Positions 29,627 through 39,686 of a DNA stretch of 64,000 nucleotides are shown piece after piece. Position 1 is the stretch's first letter, and each line of letters begins with the position of its first letter. Source of the DNA: a virus (Duplodnaviria > Caudoviricetes). The notes below the pieces were generated by a model that ran no database searches, was not told the origin of the DNA, and worked only from the letters and a program-made list of their open reading frames with translations. A program made the position numbers and the translations under genes. The stretch covers positions 32,001 to 96,000 of IMG/VR virus record IMGVR_UViG_3300028591_000110. One strand, 5' to 3'.

Positions 29627-32600
29627 TTGATTCAGAGAATCAATGTTTCAGACCCTCCGAGACGGAAGATTAAAATCGGATACTACGAGGAGAACGAGTT
29701 CCGCAAGGTCGTGTTTGACGTATCCGATTGGAGGGAGGCGTACCCGAACGGCACGGCGTCTATCATCTTCAAGCGTGCTGACGGCGAGGTATATCCGATT
29801 GTGCCGAGAACTGACAGCGACGGCAATCCGGTATTTGTGCCGACGACCACGGAGACATGCAAGGTAGGCGACTGCGAGTTCCAGCTTCAGTGGAAGTCCG
29901 GAAGTGTGGTCGGCAAGACCTGCAATCTCCAAATGTGCGTGGAATCGGCGATTGGCGAATACGGAGACGTGCCGACGGATACAACCGACGACTGGATCGC
30001 ACAGATTGTTGCCGCGACGAGTGAGATTGTCGGACAGGCGCAGCAGGCGCAGAGAGCCGCTGAGACGGCTGCATCTCAGGCGCAGAGCGCAGCGCAGGCA
30101 GCTTCGCAGAGTGCTTCTTCGGCGAATGCAAGCGTCGGCAATCTCTCGGAGCTGCAGACGACGAACAAAGGCACTGTTGTCGCCGCCGTGAATGAAGTTC
30201 ACGGCGAGGCTGCTGCGGCACAGTCTGCCGCTGCTTCTGCAGCTTCGGACGCCAGCAGCGCAAACGCAGGAGTAAACACACTGAACGGCAAGGTTGGAGA
30301 TCTGAGCAATCTTACTACGGATGCGAAAAACAATCTTGTTGCTGCCGTCAATGAGGTGGATGCTCATGCGGACGCAGCACAGACTGCTGCGAATCAGGCG
30401 GCGTCTGCTGCTGCGCAAGCTGCAACGGCTGCAAGTCAGGCTGCTTCCAGCGCAGACGCGGCAAGCGGAAAAGTTGGAGATCTCAGCTCGCTGCAAACGC
30501 AATCAAAGAATAATGTAGTTGCGGCGTTGAATGAGGTGCTTCAGCGAATCGGAAGTTCGCTTAATCTTGATCTTCAAATGGATACAACAAACGGCAAACT
30601 GTATATCATGCAAGAAGGTGTTAAGGTTGGCCTAGGCGCGACAATTGCAGCAGAATCCGGTCTGTTGTTTGACAGCGGATTTGTTTCAAAGGTTGATGAC
30701 AATGGAATGCCTTCTGAGAATTATTACTTGCATCTCACTAAAGAGGGTGTAGAGCTGTCTTTGGACGATTTTGTTCCGTTTGTTGTACACGGAGACGGAG
30801 GCGGCGGTGGTGGTGGTCTCGTTTTTGACAGCGGCGCTTTTGAAAAAATTGACGAGGACGGCAACGCTTCCGACAGCTATTATCTGCATCTGAAGAGTGG
30901 GGACGAGGATATTACCGGCTTTACTCCAATTGAAGTACCGGCTGAGATGGGAAGCGGAGGCGGAGGCGCCGCAGCAGGCGGATCAACACTTATTCTGCGG
31001 TCAAGAATGGACTCCAAGACGTTTTCAATTATGGATGCGCAGACGGAGCTTCAGATGCTGTTTACATGGTCAAGCATTGACAACGCGACAGAAGAACCAA
31101 CCGGGGACGGCACTGCAAGCTGGTATGTCAACGGCACTCGCGTTGCAACAACGACCGTTGAGCAAGGTGACGGATCTTTTAACATCCGCCCATACCTTAC
31201 AACCGGACAGGCTAACTCTGTTAAGTTGTCAATTGAGGATAACTATGGCGTTGTCCGTCCATACACATGGAACGTCACGGTAACTGCTTATACCCTGACA
31301 TGGAATGCTCCTGCTTTGGAGAACCATGGTGAATCTTCAGACTATCAGCTTCGACTTGTAGCAAGCGGCGTTGGGAATAAGACGCTTGTTGTAAAGGTCG
31401 ATAACACGGAAGTGTCACGGCAGAATGTGGCTACAAGCGGCAGAACTACTACCGTTACAATTCCTGCAAATAATCTCGGACATGGAGCACACACTATTAC
31501 TGCATGGCTTGAGGTTACAATTGATGGTGATGTGATTTCAACGAATCCGCTTCGTCACGTCGGTATTTGGAAGAGATCTTCTTCCGTTACGCCGATTGTT
31601 GCAATTTACGACAGCGAGATTACGATGAAACAGCTTGCCACATACGGCATTAGATACATGGTATATGATCCTGCGTACTCTCCTGTTAATACAGAGCTTA
31701 TCGTAGACGGGGATACTGTGGCTAATGTAAGTGTTGGCCGTGACATTCAGACTTGGGCATACCGCGCAACTGAGGTCGGACAGAAAACGCTTTCAGTGAA
31801 ATGCGGTGTCACTACGGCTTCTGTCAGCGTGACGGTCGAGGATCTTGGATATGATATTGCCCCTGTAACGGATGGTCTTGTTGTTGACTTTGATCCTTCC
31901 GGACACAGCAATTCGGAGTCAAACAGAACCAGCTTTGGCTACAAGGATGCAAACGACACTGTGCATCCGCTCATTTATTCTGACGGAACAACGCAGAACC
32001 CGCACGGGGTCGCCTATCTTCCGTTTGACTGGACAAACGGCGGCTTCCAGACCGATAATGACGGCGTGACGGCTTTTGTCGTTCGGCGCGGATGCAGGGC
32101 GTGGTTTGATCGCAGCCTCTTTGCGGACAATGCAAAGGCAAGCGGAAAAAACATTGAGCTTATTTTCAAGGCAACGAATGTCAGAGACTTTGACGCCGAG
32201 ATTATGCGCTGCCTGTCTAATAATATCGGACTGCAATTCTATGCGAACACCGGGTATTTCCGGTGTCAGTCTACTTCCGTAGACATGAAGTGGTGCGAGG
32301 ACTCGAAGGCGGAAATTTGCCTGAGCGTAGAGTCTGCGACAGGCAAGGATCAGCCGAGAATGGAGATGTGGGACAATGGCACGCCGAGCAGAGGTCGAGT
32401 CTATGACACGAATACCATGTGGCTGCAGAACGACCCGGACTATTTCTGCATCGGTTCGGATGAGGCGGATGTTTGGGTTTATCGAATCCGCGCGTATAGC
32501 GCTTATCTGACCGATTCTGAGGTAAGAGCAAACTTTATTGCTGATGCTCCAACGCCGGAAGAGGCAATCAACAGATTCGTCAGAAACAACATCTATACAG

Positions 32601-35600
32601 ATGACGGCAGCACAATCAGCATTCAGCGTCTGGTTGCGGCGGCGCCAGATCTGCATGTAATTGAGATCAGAACGGCTGGTTTCCCAAGCGATAAAAAGAA
32701 CTTTATCCCATGCAGAGTAGAGCACTGGCTTGGTTCCGGCGGGCCGTCGCATCACTGGTGGACGGATTCGAACGCAGGATTTGTCTTGCAGGGAACGTCG
32801 TCTCTAAACTACATCGAAAGCTGCGGCAACCTTGATATCAGCATGGTTAACGCCACCATGACAAACGAAAGCGGTCAGGTCATGAGTGACGGATATGCAA
32901 TGACATCAAACAGCATCCCGGTTAAATATTTCAACACGAAAGCAAACACCGCTTCGTCTGACAATGCGAACAACACGGTTTCTGCGCAAATTTTTGATGA
33001 ATTTGACCCGTTTGAGCCTCTTGCTAAAGTGCGTGATCCTCGCATCAGAGACTCTGTGGAAGGTCATCCGTGCGCTGTGTTTGTCACGAATACAAGCGAC
33101 ACCGCTTTTAGGTGTGGATCAGACAAGGCGCGAGATGTTCAGCCAGGAGAAACGATCTTGTATCTCGCCGGCGATATGAATAACTCCAAGCTGACAACGA
33201 ACGTATTTGGAGAGAGCGATATCGTTGGGACAGACGGCGACGGCATCGGCGTCTTCTGTGTGGAATTTATGGATAACGGCTATCCAAGATGCAAGTTCTT
33301 GGAAGAGGCAACCATGCTGAATGAGACATGGGACAACGGGAACGGAGGCCAGTTTGAGTTCAGATACCCAACCAAGAAGGCCATTGATCCGAGCATTCAG
33401 ACGCCTCGTCAACCGACAGACGCCATGAAGATCAAGTTTATTGAGATGCAGAACTGGCTCTGCAGACTAAACCCAGATCCAACGATTGCAAATGGGCGCA
33501 GTCTCGGCGGATCTATCAGATTGTTTAATCCGGCCACTGGACTTGAAGAGACATTCATGTATGATACGCCGACGTATCGCGGCTGTAAGTTCCGTAATGA
33601 AGTCGCGAACTATTTCCATATTGACAGTCTTGTTTATTATTATGTGTTTACAACGATCTTCTGCTGCGTAGACCAGCGCTCTAAGAATACGTTTGTTACA
33701 TATGAACCTGACAAGAACGGGGTGTGGAAGTTCGATTACAGAGCGTACTACGACGGAGACACGATGCTTGGCATCAACAACAAGGGCGCTCTAACGCTGG
33801 ATTATGGCGTTGAAGACACGGATGAAGTTGTTGGCGGCGACGGTATGGCTTTTAATGCTTTCGAATCTGTGCTCTGGTGCTTGGTAAGAGACTATCTGCC
33901 GGATTATTGTTCCGCTGAGTTTAATCGTCTTGAGAGCGCCGGGCTAATCAGCGAAAGCTTTTTGAATAACCGATGGGATACGCATCAGCGTATTCGCCCG
34001 GAGGCGCTGATGACAGAAGACTTCCGGAATAAATACGACGGGCCGCTTGTTAGAAACGGAACCACTCTATATTACGAATCCATGCAGAACGGCGAGAAAT
34101 ACAGCCAGCGGCATGGATTTTTCCATTTCCAAGTCCCTTATATGCAGAGCAAATACCGCAGTGGACGAGCAAAGCAAAACAGTCTGCTTTTGGACGCTTA
34201 TTATTCTGCAACAGGTGCAATTGAAGCCGCTGCTTCTGTGGAGATTACGCCTTATATGGATATGTATATCACGATGCAGTGCGACAACTTTGGAACGGTT
34301 TCTGTAAGAGCGAAGAAGGGCGTCCCGACACGGGTAACTGTGTCAGGAAACGGAGGATCTGCCCCTGCGGGCGATACCGCTACGCAGATTTATAACTGCC
34401 AGTGGATTACGTCGTTCGATTCTTTGGCGCAATTCTATACGCAGCAGTTTGCCGGCACTTTGACAAAGCTTCGTTATCTGCCGCTCGGCAGTTCTGTTTC
34501 CGGATATCAGAACAGAAACCTGACAACGCTCGGCTCTACGGATTTGCCGATGCTTGAGTATTTGAACCTTGGCGGCCTTGTAAATCTTGAAACGAACATC
34601 GATCTTAGCAGATGTCCGTTCCTTGAGGAAGTTTACGCAAACGGCGCAGGTATCACAGGTATTACGCTTGCGCGTGGCGCAGCGATCGAGATTTTGCAGC
34701 TCCCGGCGGTTTCGCGTTTGATTGCGCTGGATTTGCAAAAGCTGCTCCCCGCAAACTTTACTTTGGATATGAGTAACCTGAGCTTGCTGCACGTTGAAAA
34801 CAGCCCCGGCGTCAATACGCAGAGCATCGTCCAGAATGCAACCGAGCTTGCATACGGTCGTCTGATTGGCGTGAACTGGAACATGGACAACCCAGATCCG
34901 GTTATGGCGTTGATCGGAAAGACCGGTCTGAACGAAGAGAGCGAGGCGGAAGGCACGTTTGTTTTGACCGGTGCAGTAACCTTTGCTGCTATTTCTCAAA
35001 ACGAGTACAACCGTCTGCATGCCGCATTCCCGAATTTGACGATCAACTATACGTCGCTTCTTTCAGAACATACGGTGCGATTCTACAATTGGGATGGCAC
35101 ACCGTTGTGGGAGGAATCTGTTCGTCACGGCGGAACGGCACCGAACCCAATTGTAACCGGAGACATTCAAACTCCGACGCGCCCAGCGTCCGGCCAATAC
35201 GAATATGTCTATCGTTACTGGTCTGAGTCTCTGGATAATGTCGTTGAGGATTTGGATGTTTACGCAGATTATCTTGCACAGGAGCGCACACTCACTGTTC
35301 GCTGGCATGACGCCGCAGGCGGCGTCATGACGCAATATACAAAGACCTGCAGATATGGGCAGGGCGTAACGTATACCGGCCCGGATATGCCGGACAGGGG
35401 CAGCGGCGCAAACAAGGAATACTGGATGGGCTGGGATAAGCCAACCACAAATGTAACAGAAGATCTTGACGTGTATCCGCAGTATGTTCTTCCGACTACG
35501 CCGCTTGGAAAGCCATTGACGTATGACTATGCGTATTCCGATGATCCAAATGATATTTCTGCATACACGTTGGCGGAGTTCTGGGGCGCTCTGAAGAGCG

Positions 35601-36271
35601 ATAATCCTGCTGCGTATCTTGCAGAGCATGACAAGATCAAGATTGTTATGCCGGCGAGCAAACCAAACAGCAATATTACAGACACTACCATTGAGCTGAA
35701 GGTTGCCGGATTTAACCGCTTCAAACTTTCTGATGGTTCCGGTAATTTCGCGAAGACGGTATTTGTAATGTGCAACTGCCTGAATGCTACTCGCGCGATG
35801 AATGGATCGAATACGAATGCTGGCGGCTGGCCTGCTACGGCTATGCGTTCGTTCCTGAACAACAGCTTGATTAAGGACTTCCCGATTCAATGGCGCAGAA
35901 TGATTCAGCAGGTCGAAGTATTGTCTACGGCAGGTGCTTCATCTACGGAGATTGTAAAGAGCAACGACTATCTGTTCCTTCCTTCCTACACGGAGGTTGG
36001 ATTTGGAACGACAGATCCGTACATTAACGAGATTGACTCTGCTGTGTACGGAAGCGATATGACATACGCAAAGTGGCCAGTCTTTACCGACAATGCATCG
36101 CGTATTAAAAGAATCGGCGGTTCCAACGGAACCGCAACTATCTGGTGGTTGCGCTCTCCGATTGCGGAGGCCGGTACTTTTTGGTATATGCTTACCTCCG
36201 GCAGTCGCGATAACGGGAACTATTATACATCCAATTCAGTTAGGGGCGTCGCGTTCGGCTTCTGCATTTGA
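29627..36271 (+). CDS. Large receptor-binding/tail fibre protein; DGR target with C-terminal CLec-like (DUF6273-type) variable domain
   Basis: BppU-like N-terminus, Ala-rich fibre repeats, LRR-like segment, C-terminal YLFLPS..EV...WWLRSP...GVAFGFCI*; directly upstream of avd/RT. Confidence 0.85.
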   Translation: MIQRINVSDPPRRKIKIGYYEENEFRKVVFDVSDWREAYPNGTASIIFKRADGEVYPIVPRTDSDGNPVFVPTTTETCKVGDCEFQLQWKSGSVVGKTCNLQMCVESAIGEYGDVPTDTTDDWIAQIVAATSEIVGQAQQAQRAAETAASQAQSAAQAASQSASSANASVGNLSELQTTNKGTVVAAVNEVHGEAAAAQSAAASAASDASSANAGVNTLNGKVGDLSNLTTDAKNNLVAAVNEVDAHADAAQTAANQAASAAAQAATAASQAASSADAASGKVGDLSSLQTQSKNNVVAALNEVLQRIGSSLNLDLQMDTTNGKLYIMQEGVKVGLGATIAAESGLLFDSGFVSKVDDNGMPSENYYLHLTKEGVELSLDDFVPFVVHGDGGGGGGGLVFDSGAFEKIDEDGNASDSYYLHLKSGDEDITGFTPIEVPAEMGSGGGGAAAGGSTLILRSRMDSKTFSIMDAQTELQMLFTWSSIDNATEEPTGDGTASWYVNGTRVATTTVEQGDGSFNIRPYLTTGQANSVKLSIEDNYGVVRPYTWNVTVTAYTLTWNAPALENHGESSDYQLRLVASGVGNKTLVVKVDNTEVSRQNVATSGRTTTVTIPANNLGHGAHTITAWLEVTIDGDVISTNPLRHVGIWKRSSSVTPIVAIYDSEITMKQLATYGIRYMVYDPAYSPVNTELIVDGDTVANVSVGRDIQTWAYRATEVGQKTLSVKCGVTTASVSVTVEDLGYDIAPVTDGLVVDFDPSGHSNSESNRTSFGYKDANDTVHPLIYSDGTTQNPHGVAYLPFDWTNGGFQTDNDGVTAFVVRRGCRAWFDRSLFADNAKASGKNIELIFKATNVRDFDAEIMRCLSNNIGLQFYANTGYFRCQSTSVDMKWCEDSKAEICLSVESATGKDQPRMEMWDNGTPSRGRVYDTNTMWLQNDPDYFCIGSDEADVWVYRIRAYSAYLTDSEVRANFIADAPTPEEAINRFVRNNIYTDDGSTISIQRLVAAAPDLHVIEIRTAGFPSDKKNFIPCRVEHWLGSGGPSHHWWTDSNAGFVLQGTSSLNYIESCGNLDISMVNATMTNESGQVMSDGYAMTSNSIPVKYFNTKANTASSDNANNTVSAQIFDEFDPFEPLAKVRDPRIRDSVEGHPCAVFVTNTSDTAFRCGSDKARDVQPGETILYLAGDMNNSKLTTNVFGESDIVGTDGDGIGVFCVEFMDNGYPRCKFLEEATMLNETWDNGNGGQFEFRYPTKKAIDPSIQTPRQPTDAMKIKFIEMQNWLCRLNPDPTIANGRSLGGSIRLFNPATGLEETFMYDTPTYRGCKFRNEVANYFHIDSLVYYYVFTTIFCCVDQRSKNTFVTYEPDKNGVWKFDYRAYYDGDTMLGINNKGALTLDYGVEDTDEVVGGDGMAFNAFESVLWCLVRDYLPDYCSAEFNRLESAGLISESFLNNRWDTHQRIRPEALMTEDFRNKYDGPLVRNGTTLYYESMQNGEKYSQRHGFFHFQVPYMQSKYRSGRAKQNSLLLDAYYSATGAIEAAASVEITPYMDMYITMQCDNFGTVSVRAKKGVPTRVTVSGNGGSAPAGDTATQIYNCQWITSFDSLAQFYTQQFAGTLTKLRYLPLGSSVSGYQNRNLTTLGSTDLPMLEYLNLGGLVNLETNIDLSRCPFLEEVYANGAGITGITLARGAAIEILQLPAVSRLIALDLQKLLPANFTLDMSNLSLLHVENSPGVNTQSIVQNATELAYGRLIGVNWNMDNPDPVMALIGKTGLNEESEAEGTFVLTGAVTFAAISQNEYNRLHAAFPNLTINYTSLLSEHTVRFYNWDGTPLWEESVRHGGTAPNPIVTGDIQTPTRPASGQYEYVYRYWSESLDNVVEDLDVYADYLAQERTLTVRWHDAAGGVMTQYTKTCRYGQGVTYTGPDMPDRGSGANKEYWMGWDKPTTNVTEDLDVYPQYVLPTTPLGKPLTYDYAYSDDPNDISAYTLAEFWGALKSDNPAAYLAEHDKIKIVMPASKPNSNITDTTIELKVAGFNRFKLSDGSGNFAKTVFVMCNCLNATRAMNGSNTNAGGWPATAMRSFLNNSLIKDFPIQWRRMIQQVEVLSTAGASSTEIVKSNDYLFLPSYTEVGFGTTDPYINEIDSAVYGSDMTYAKWPVFTDNASRIKRIGGSNGTATIWWLRSPIAEAGTFWYMLTSGSRDNGNYYTSNSVRGVAFGFCI
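30133..30545 (+). repeat. Three fibre repeats VG(N/D)LS.L.T..K...VAA.NEV with Ala/Ser/Gln spacers
   Basis: Seen in the translation. Confidence 0.7.
36132..36262 (+). repeat. DGR variable region (VR) of the target gene
   Basis: Identical over 131 bp to cassette 3 (37307-37437); lies at the 3' end of the gene. Confidence 0.95.
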
Positions 36272-36290
36272 CCGAAACGACCGAAAAACC

Positions 36291-36386
36291 GGGGCGCGAA
36301 CAGCGCCCCTGCCAATCTGCGTCAAGCACGCAGATAAAAATAGAAGAGGGCAGCGAAATATCTGCCCTCTCTCGCCGCGAAGCGGC
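36291..36386 (+). promoter_or_regulatory. Cluster of four hairpins downstream of VR (candidate DGR target-recognition cruciform/terminator)
   Basis: GGGGCGC/GCGCCCC 36291-309; ATCTGCGT/ACGCAGAT 36315-335; AGAGGGCAG/CTGCCCTCT 36345-370; GCCGC/GCGGC 36374-386. Confidence 0.65.
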
Positions 36387-36425
36387 AAAATTTTGATAAA
36401 AATTCTGAGAAATCGAATATTACAG

Positions 36426-36454
36426 TAGGCATTCAATCTCGAACATGGTAGAAT
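36426..36454 (+). promoter_or_regulatory. Candidate promoter for the avd-array-RT transcript
   Basis: TAGGCA-17 bp-TAGAAT with extended -10 TG at 36446-47. Confidence 0.45.
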
Positions 36455-36472
36455 ACCACAGAGAAAGGAGGA

Positions 36473-36958
36473 GTGCCTATGCCTCATGACAAAAGTAAGA
36501 CATCATACTCGAACCGGCCATTGCCGGAATCACAACCGAAAAAGAAAGAGCCGCCGCACTATTTGCTGCGAGCACAGGAATTGCAAGCCTATACGATCAA
36601 CACATGCAGAGACATCAACAGCAACCCAGACAGGGGCGGCAAAGGATTGTCGTTCTATCTGCTTGTGCCGATGGGAAATCTTGCGCAGGAGATCACAGCC
36701 CATTGCGCTGCTGCGGACGACAACTATCCGACATGCAGACAGGACTGGATTGATCGAAGAAGAGACTTATATGCGGCACGACGAGCAGCAAAGGAACTAA
36801 GTAGTATGCTGACTGTGGCATTACAGGTCAAAAGTTTTAATGTCAGCGAACATGTTGTAGAGGAGTGGGCGAAGAAGATCAATAGGGTGATTGCGCTATT
36901 GAATAAGACGATAAAAAGTCATGAAGAAAACAAACAGCTTTTGGAAGTAGACTATTAA
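36473..36958 (+). CDS. avd: Avd-like accessory variability determinant (four-helix bundle)
   Basis: 161 aa basic helical protein between target and template/RT; strong RBS AAGGAGG; W...I......L..  C-terminal helix. Confidence 0.7.
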   Translation: MPMPHDKSKTSYSNRPLPESQPKKKEPPHYLLRAQELQAYTINTCRDINSNPDRGGKGLSFYLLVPMGNLAQEITAHCAAADDNYPTCRQDWIDRRRDLYAARRAAKELSSMLTVALQVKSFNVSEHVVEEWAKKINRVIALLNKTIKSHEENKQLLEVDY

Positions 36959-39686
36959 GGTCATGAACTAAATCACGACGCAACTATCTGGTGGGTGCGC
37001 TCTCCGAGGTCGGCGAGTTCCGTCGGGTTTTGGTCGGCGGCTACCGGCGGCAGCACGTTGGGCGGCCCCGGCTCTGACTCAGCAGGCTCGTGGTGGGGCG
37101 TCGCGTTCGGCTTTTCTTCGGGTTTTGTCTTATCATGCGACGTGCTGTCTGGTGGTTGCGCTCTCCGCGCGTAGATGATACTACTTTTTCAAAGTTTGTA
37201 CCGGTCTCTGCGGCTGGATCTTCAAGTGTTCTGAACCATCAAGATCCGGCATCTGCCTCGAATGGCGTCGCGTTCGGCTAATCTTCTAGGTTGTGCTCTA
37301 ATAACGCCGCAACTATCTGGTGGTTGCGCTCTCCGATTGCGGAGGCCGGTACTTTTTGGTATATGCTTACCTCCGGCAGTCGCGATAACGGGAACTATTA
37401 TACATCCAATTCAGTTAGGGGCGTCGCGTTCGGCTTCCTTTGCGTGGTCATGTTCTGATTAGTTATGCAGGCGTATGGTGGTTGCGCTCTCCTGCTAGTG
37501 GCGTGGCATCACGATTCATAAGCCCGTCTAGCAGTGGGTCTTTGGATCAGTGGGGTGCGCAGTCATCTATGGGCGTCGCGTTCGGCTTCAAAATATGGTC
37601 ATACTCTTTAGAGATGATGCGCTTTCTGTGGTTGCGCTCTCCGATTGGTACATCCAATGCTGTTTGCTGGGCTAGTGATGGTTCCGGCGCACAAAAAGAT
37701 GTCTCTTGGAACGGGGCTGCGTATCCGCAGGGCGTCTCGTTCGGCTTCTCAGAATGCAGGCTATGTCCCGAGCGAGTTTTCGCCTAGCTGGTGGTTGCGC
37801 TCTCCGTTGACGGGGAACGCTGATAGGTTTGTGAACGCGAACACGAATGGTTCGTATAACAACAACAACGCCAACAACAGCAACGGCGTCGCGTTCGGCA
37901 TCTTTCTAGGTCTTGTTCTAATCGTTTGAACGCACTATCTGGTGGTTGCGCTCTCCGATTTCTGGGAGTGCGTCTTCCTTCCCGTATGTTTCTACTAGCG
38001 GATCGCAGGATTCGCGTAACGCCAGTGGAAACAACGGGGTTGGTTGTGGCGTCGCGTTCGGCGTCTTTTCAAGGTCTTGCTCTGTATTTACGCGATTATT
38101 CTGGTGGTTGCGCTCTCCGTGGACTACTGCGTCTGAGATGGTTGATATGGTCACGGAAGGCGGCGCTCGCAATGCTAACACAAGCAATAGCTACAAAGCG
38201 AGCAGTTATCACGGCGTCGCGTTCGGCATCTTTCTAGGTTTTGCCCTAAGATGCTTCGTCATTTTGGTGGTTGCGCTCTCCGCGTTCTTCAACTGACAAT
38301 GCGTTCTTAAACGTGTTGGCTACAGGCGGGGGCGATTGGAATGTCAGGGATGCAAACAACACCTATGGCGTCGCGTTCGGCTTTTCTTAGGTTGTACCCC
38401 AAAAAGTGCGGCGCACTAGCTGGTGGTTGCGCTCTCCGTGGAATGGTCGTTCTGATTATTTCGAGGTTCTTAGCTCTGACGGTTCTCGCAATAACAGCAC
38501 GTCAGGTGTTTCAGGGGACGCGCATAACGCAGGCAGGGCACAAGGCGTCGCGTTCGGCATCTCTTTTGGCAGTGCTCTAATGCGTCTCGCTCTGCATCTG
38601 GTGGTTGCGCTCTCCGTATACGGCTTATTCCGATATGATTTGTGGAGTTTTGGACAGCGGTCGTTTTACGGGTTATCTCAATAACGCTCGCGCTTCCACC
38701 CAGAATGGCGTCGCGTTCGGCTTCGGTCATGGTTGTGTCCTGATTTTGCGTCGCCTTCGCCGGTGGTTGCGCTCTCCGACGGCTGTTCGCTCGGATCTCA
38801 TTGTTCCGGTCAGCGCCGCCGGCGGCACAGTCAACAACTATAATGTTCATGGCGCTCAAGCAAGCTACGGTTATGGCGTCGCGTTCGGCTTAATTAAATT
38901 GGTCTTGCCTCATCATTGATTTGCATGTGTTGGTGGTTGCGCTCTCCGCATGTTGGAGTGTCTACTTATTTTCGCTTTTCAAACGGGAACGGATCGCCAA
39001 ATATACAAGCAGACTATAACGCGACAAGTGCGTATGGCGTCGCGTTCGGCTAATCTTCTAGGTTGTGCTCATAATCGTGACGCAACTAGCTGGTGGTTGC
39101 GCTCTCCGGCTTCTTGGGCTTCCACCTTATGTATGGTTGTGCGAGATAATGGCTTGGCTATTTCCCAAAGCGGCTATGCGAATCTTGGCACTCCGTCCGG
39201 GGCTCAGGGCGTCGCGTTCGGCTTTCTTTTGATGGGCTGTACCTTTGATGCGATTGCCGCCATGGTGGTTGCGCTCCCCGCGCCTGAATGATTCTTGGTT
39301 TCATGGCTGCGCTACTGGCGGAGTGTGGGCGAATTTTAATTCGCTGCCATCTGGAGCGGGCGTCGCGTTCGGCTTATATTATGGCTGTGTTCTATGAGCG
39401 GCGAGACTATCTGGTGGTTGCGCTCTCCACGATCCTCCTCTGAGTCGAGCGGGTATCAGGTTCTCACATCTGGTTCTCCGTCTTGGCAGACAGATGCGTG
39501 GAATCAGGGCGCCGGCGTCGCGTTCGGCATCGATTAGGGCAAGGTTATACTCTGTTGTTTATGGCGTTTTTCTGGTGGTTGCGCTCTCCGCATTCTGTTT
39601 ACGAGGGCTATTTCTTTCGCGCGTCATCTGCGGGTGATCGCGATTGGCAGTCTGGCGGAAACCCAAACACCGGCGTCGCGTTCGGC
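36959..39686 (+). repeat. Array of 17 DGR template-like cassettes
   Basis: Cores from TGGTGGTTGCGCTCTCCG to GGCGTCGCGTTCGGC (minor anchor variants in a few units) at 36989-37111, 37150-37278, 37318-37434, 37476-37586, 37626-37745, 37789-37899, 37940-38062, 38102-38227, 38265-38381, 38421-38558, 38599-38721, 38761-38889, 38931-39050, 39091-39222, 39263-39373, 39412-39528, 39573-39686; all lengths are multiples of 3 with no stops; linkers ~37-44 nt. Confidence 0.95.
37789..37899 (+). ncRNA. Cassette 6: classical AAC-rich template repeat (TR)
   Basis: 10 AAC + 1 AAT among 26 variable codons (LTGNADRFVNANTNGSYNNNNANNSN). Confidence 0.8.

Noticed and set aside
36959-39686. CRISPR array
   Set aside because: There are two alternating anchors rather than one repeat, the 'spacers' are in-frame coding variants of the adjacent gene's C-terminus, no cas genes are present, and the array is flanked by avd and RT.
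36959-39686. Shufflon/invertible tail-fibre cassettes
   Set aside because: All units are in direct orientation, there is no adjacent invertase, and the expressed variant is duplicated (copied) rather than moved.
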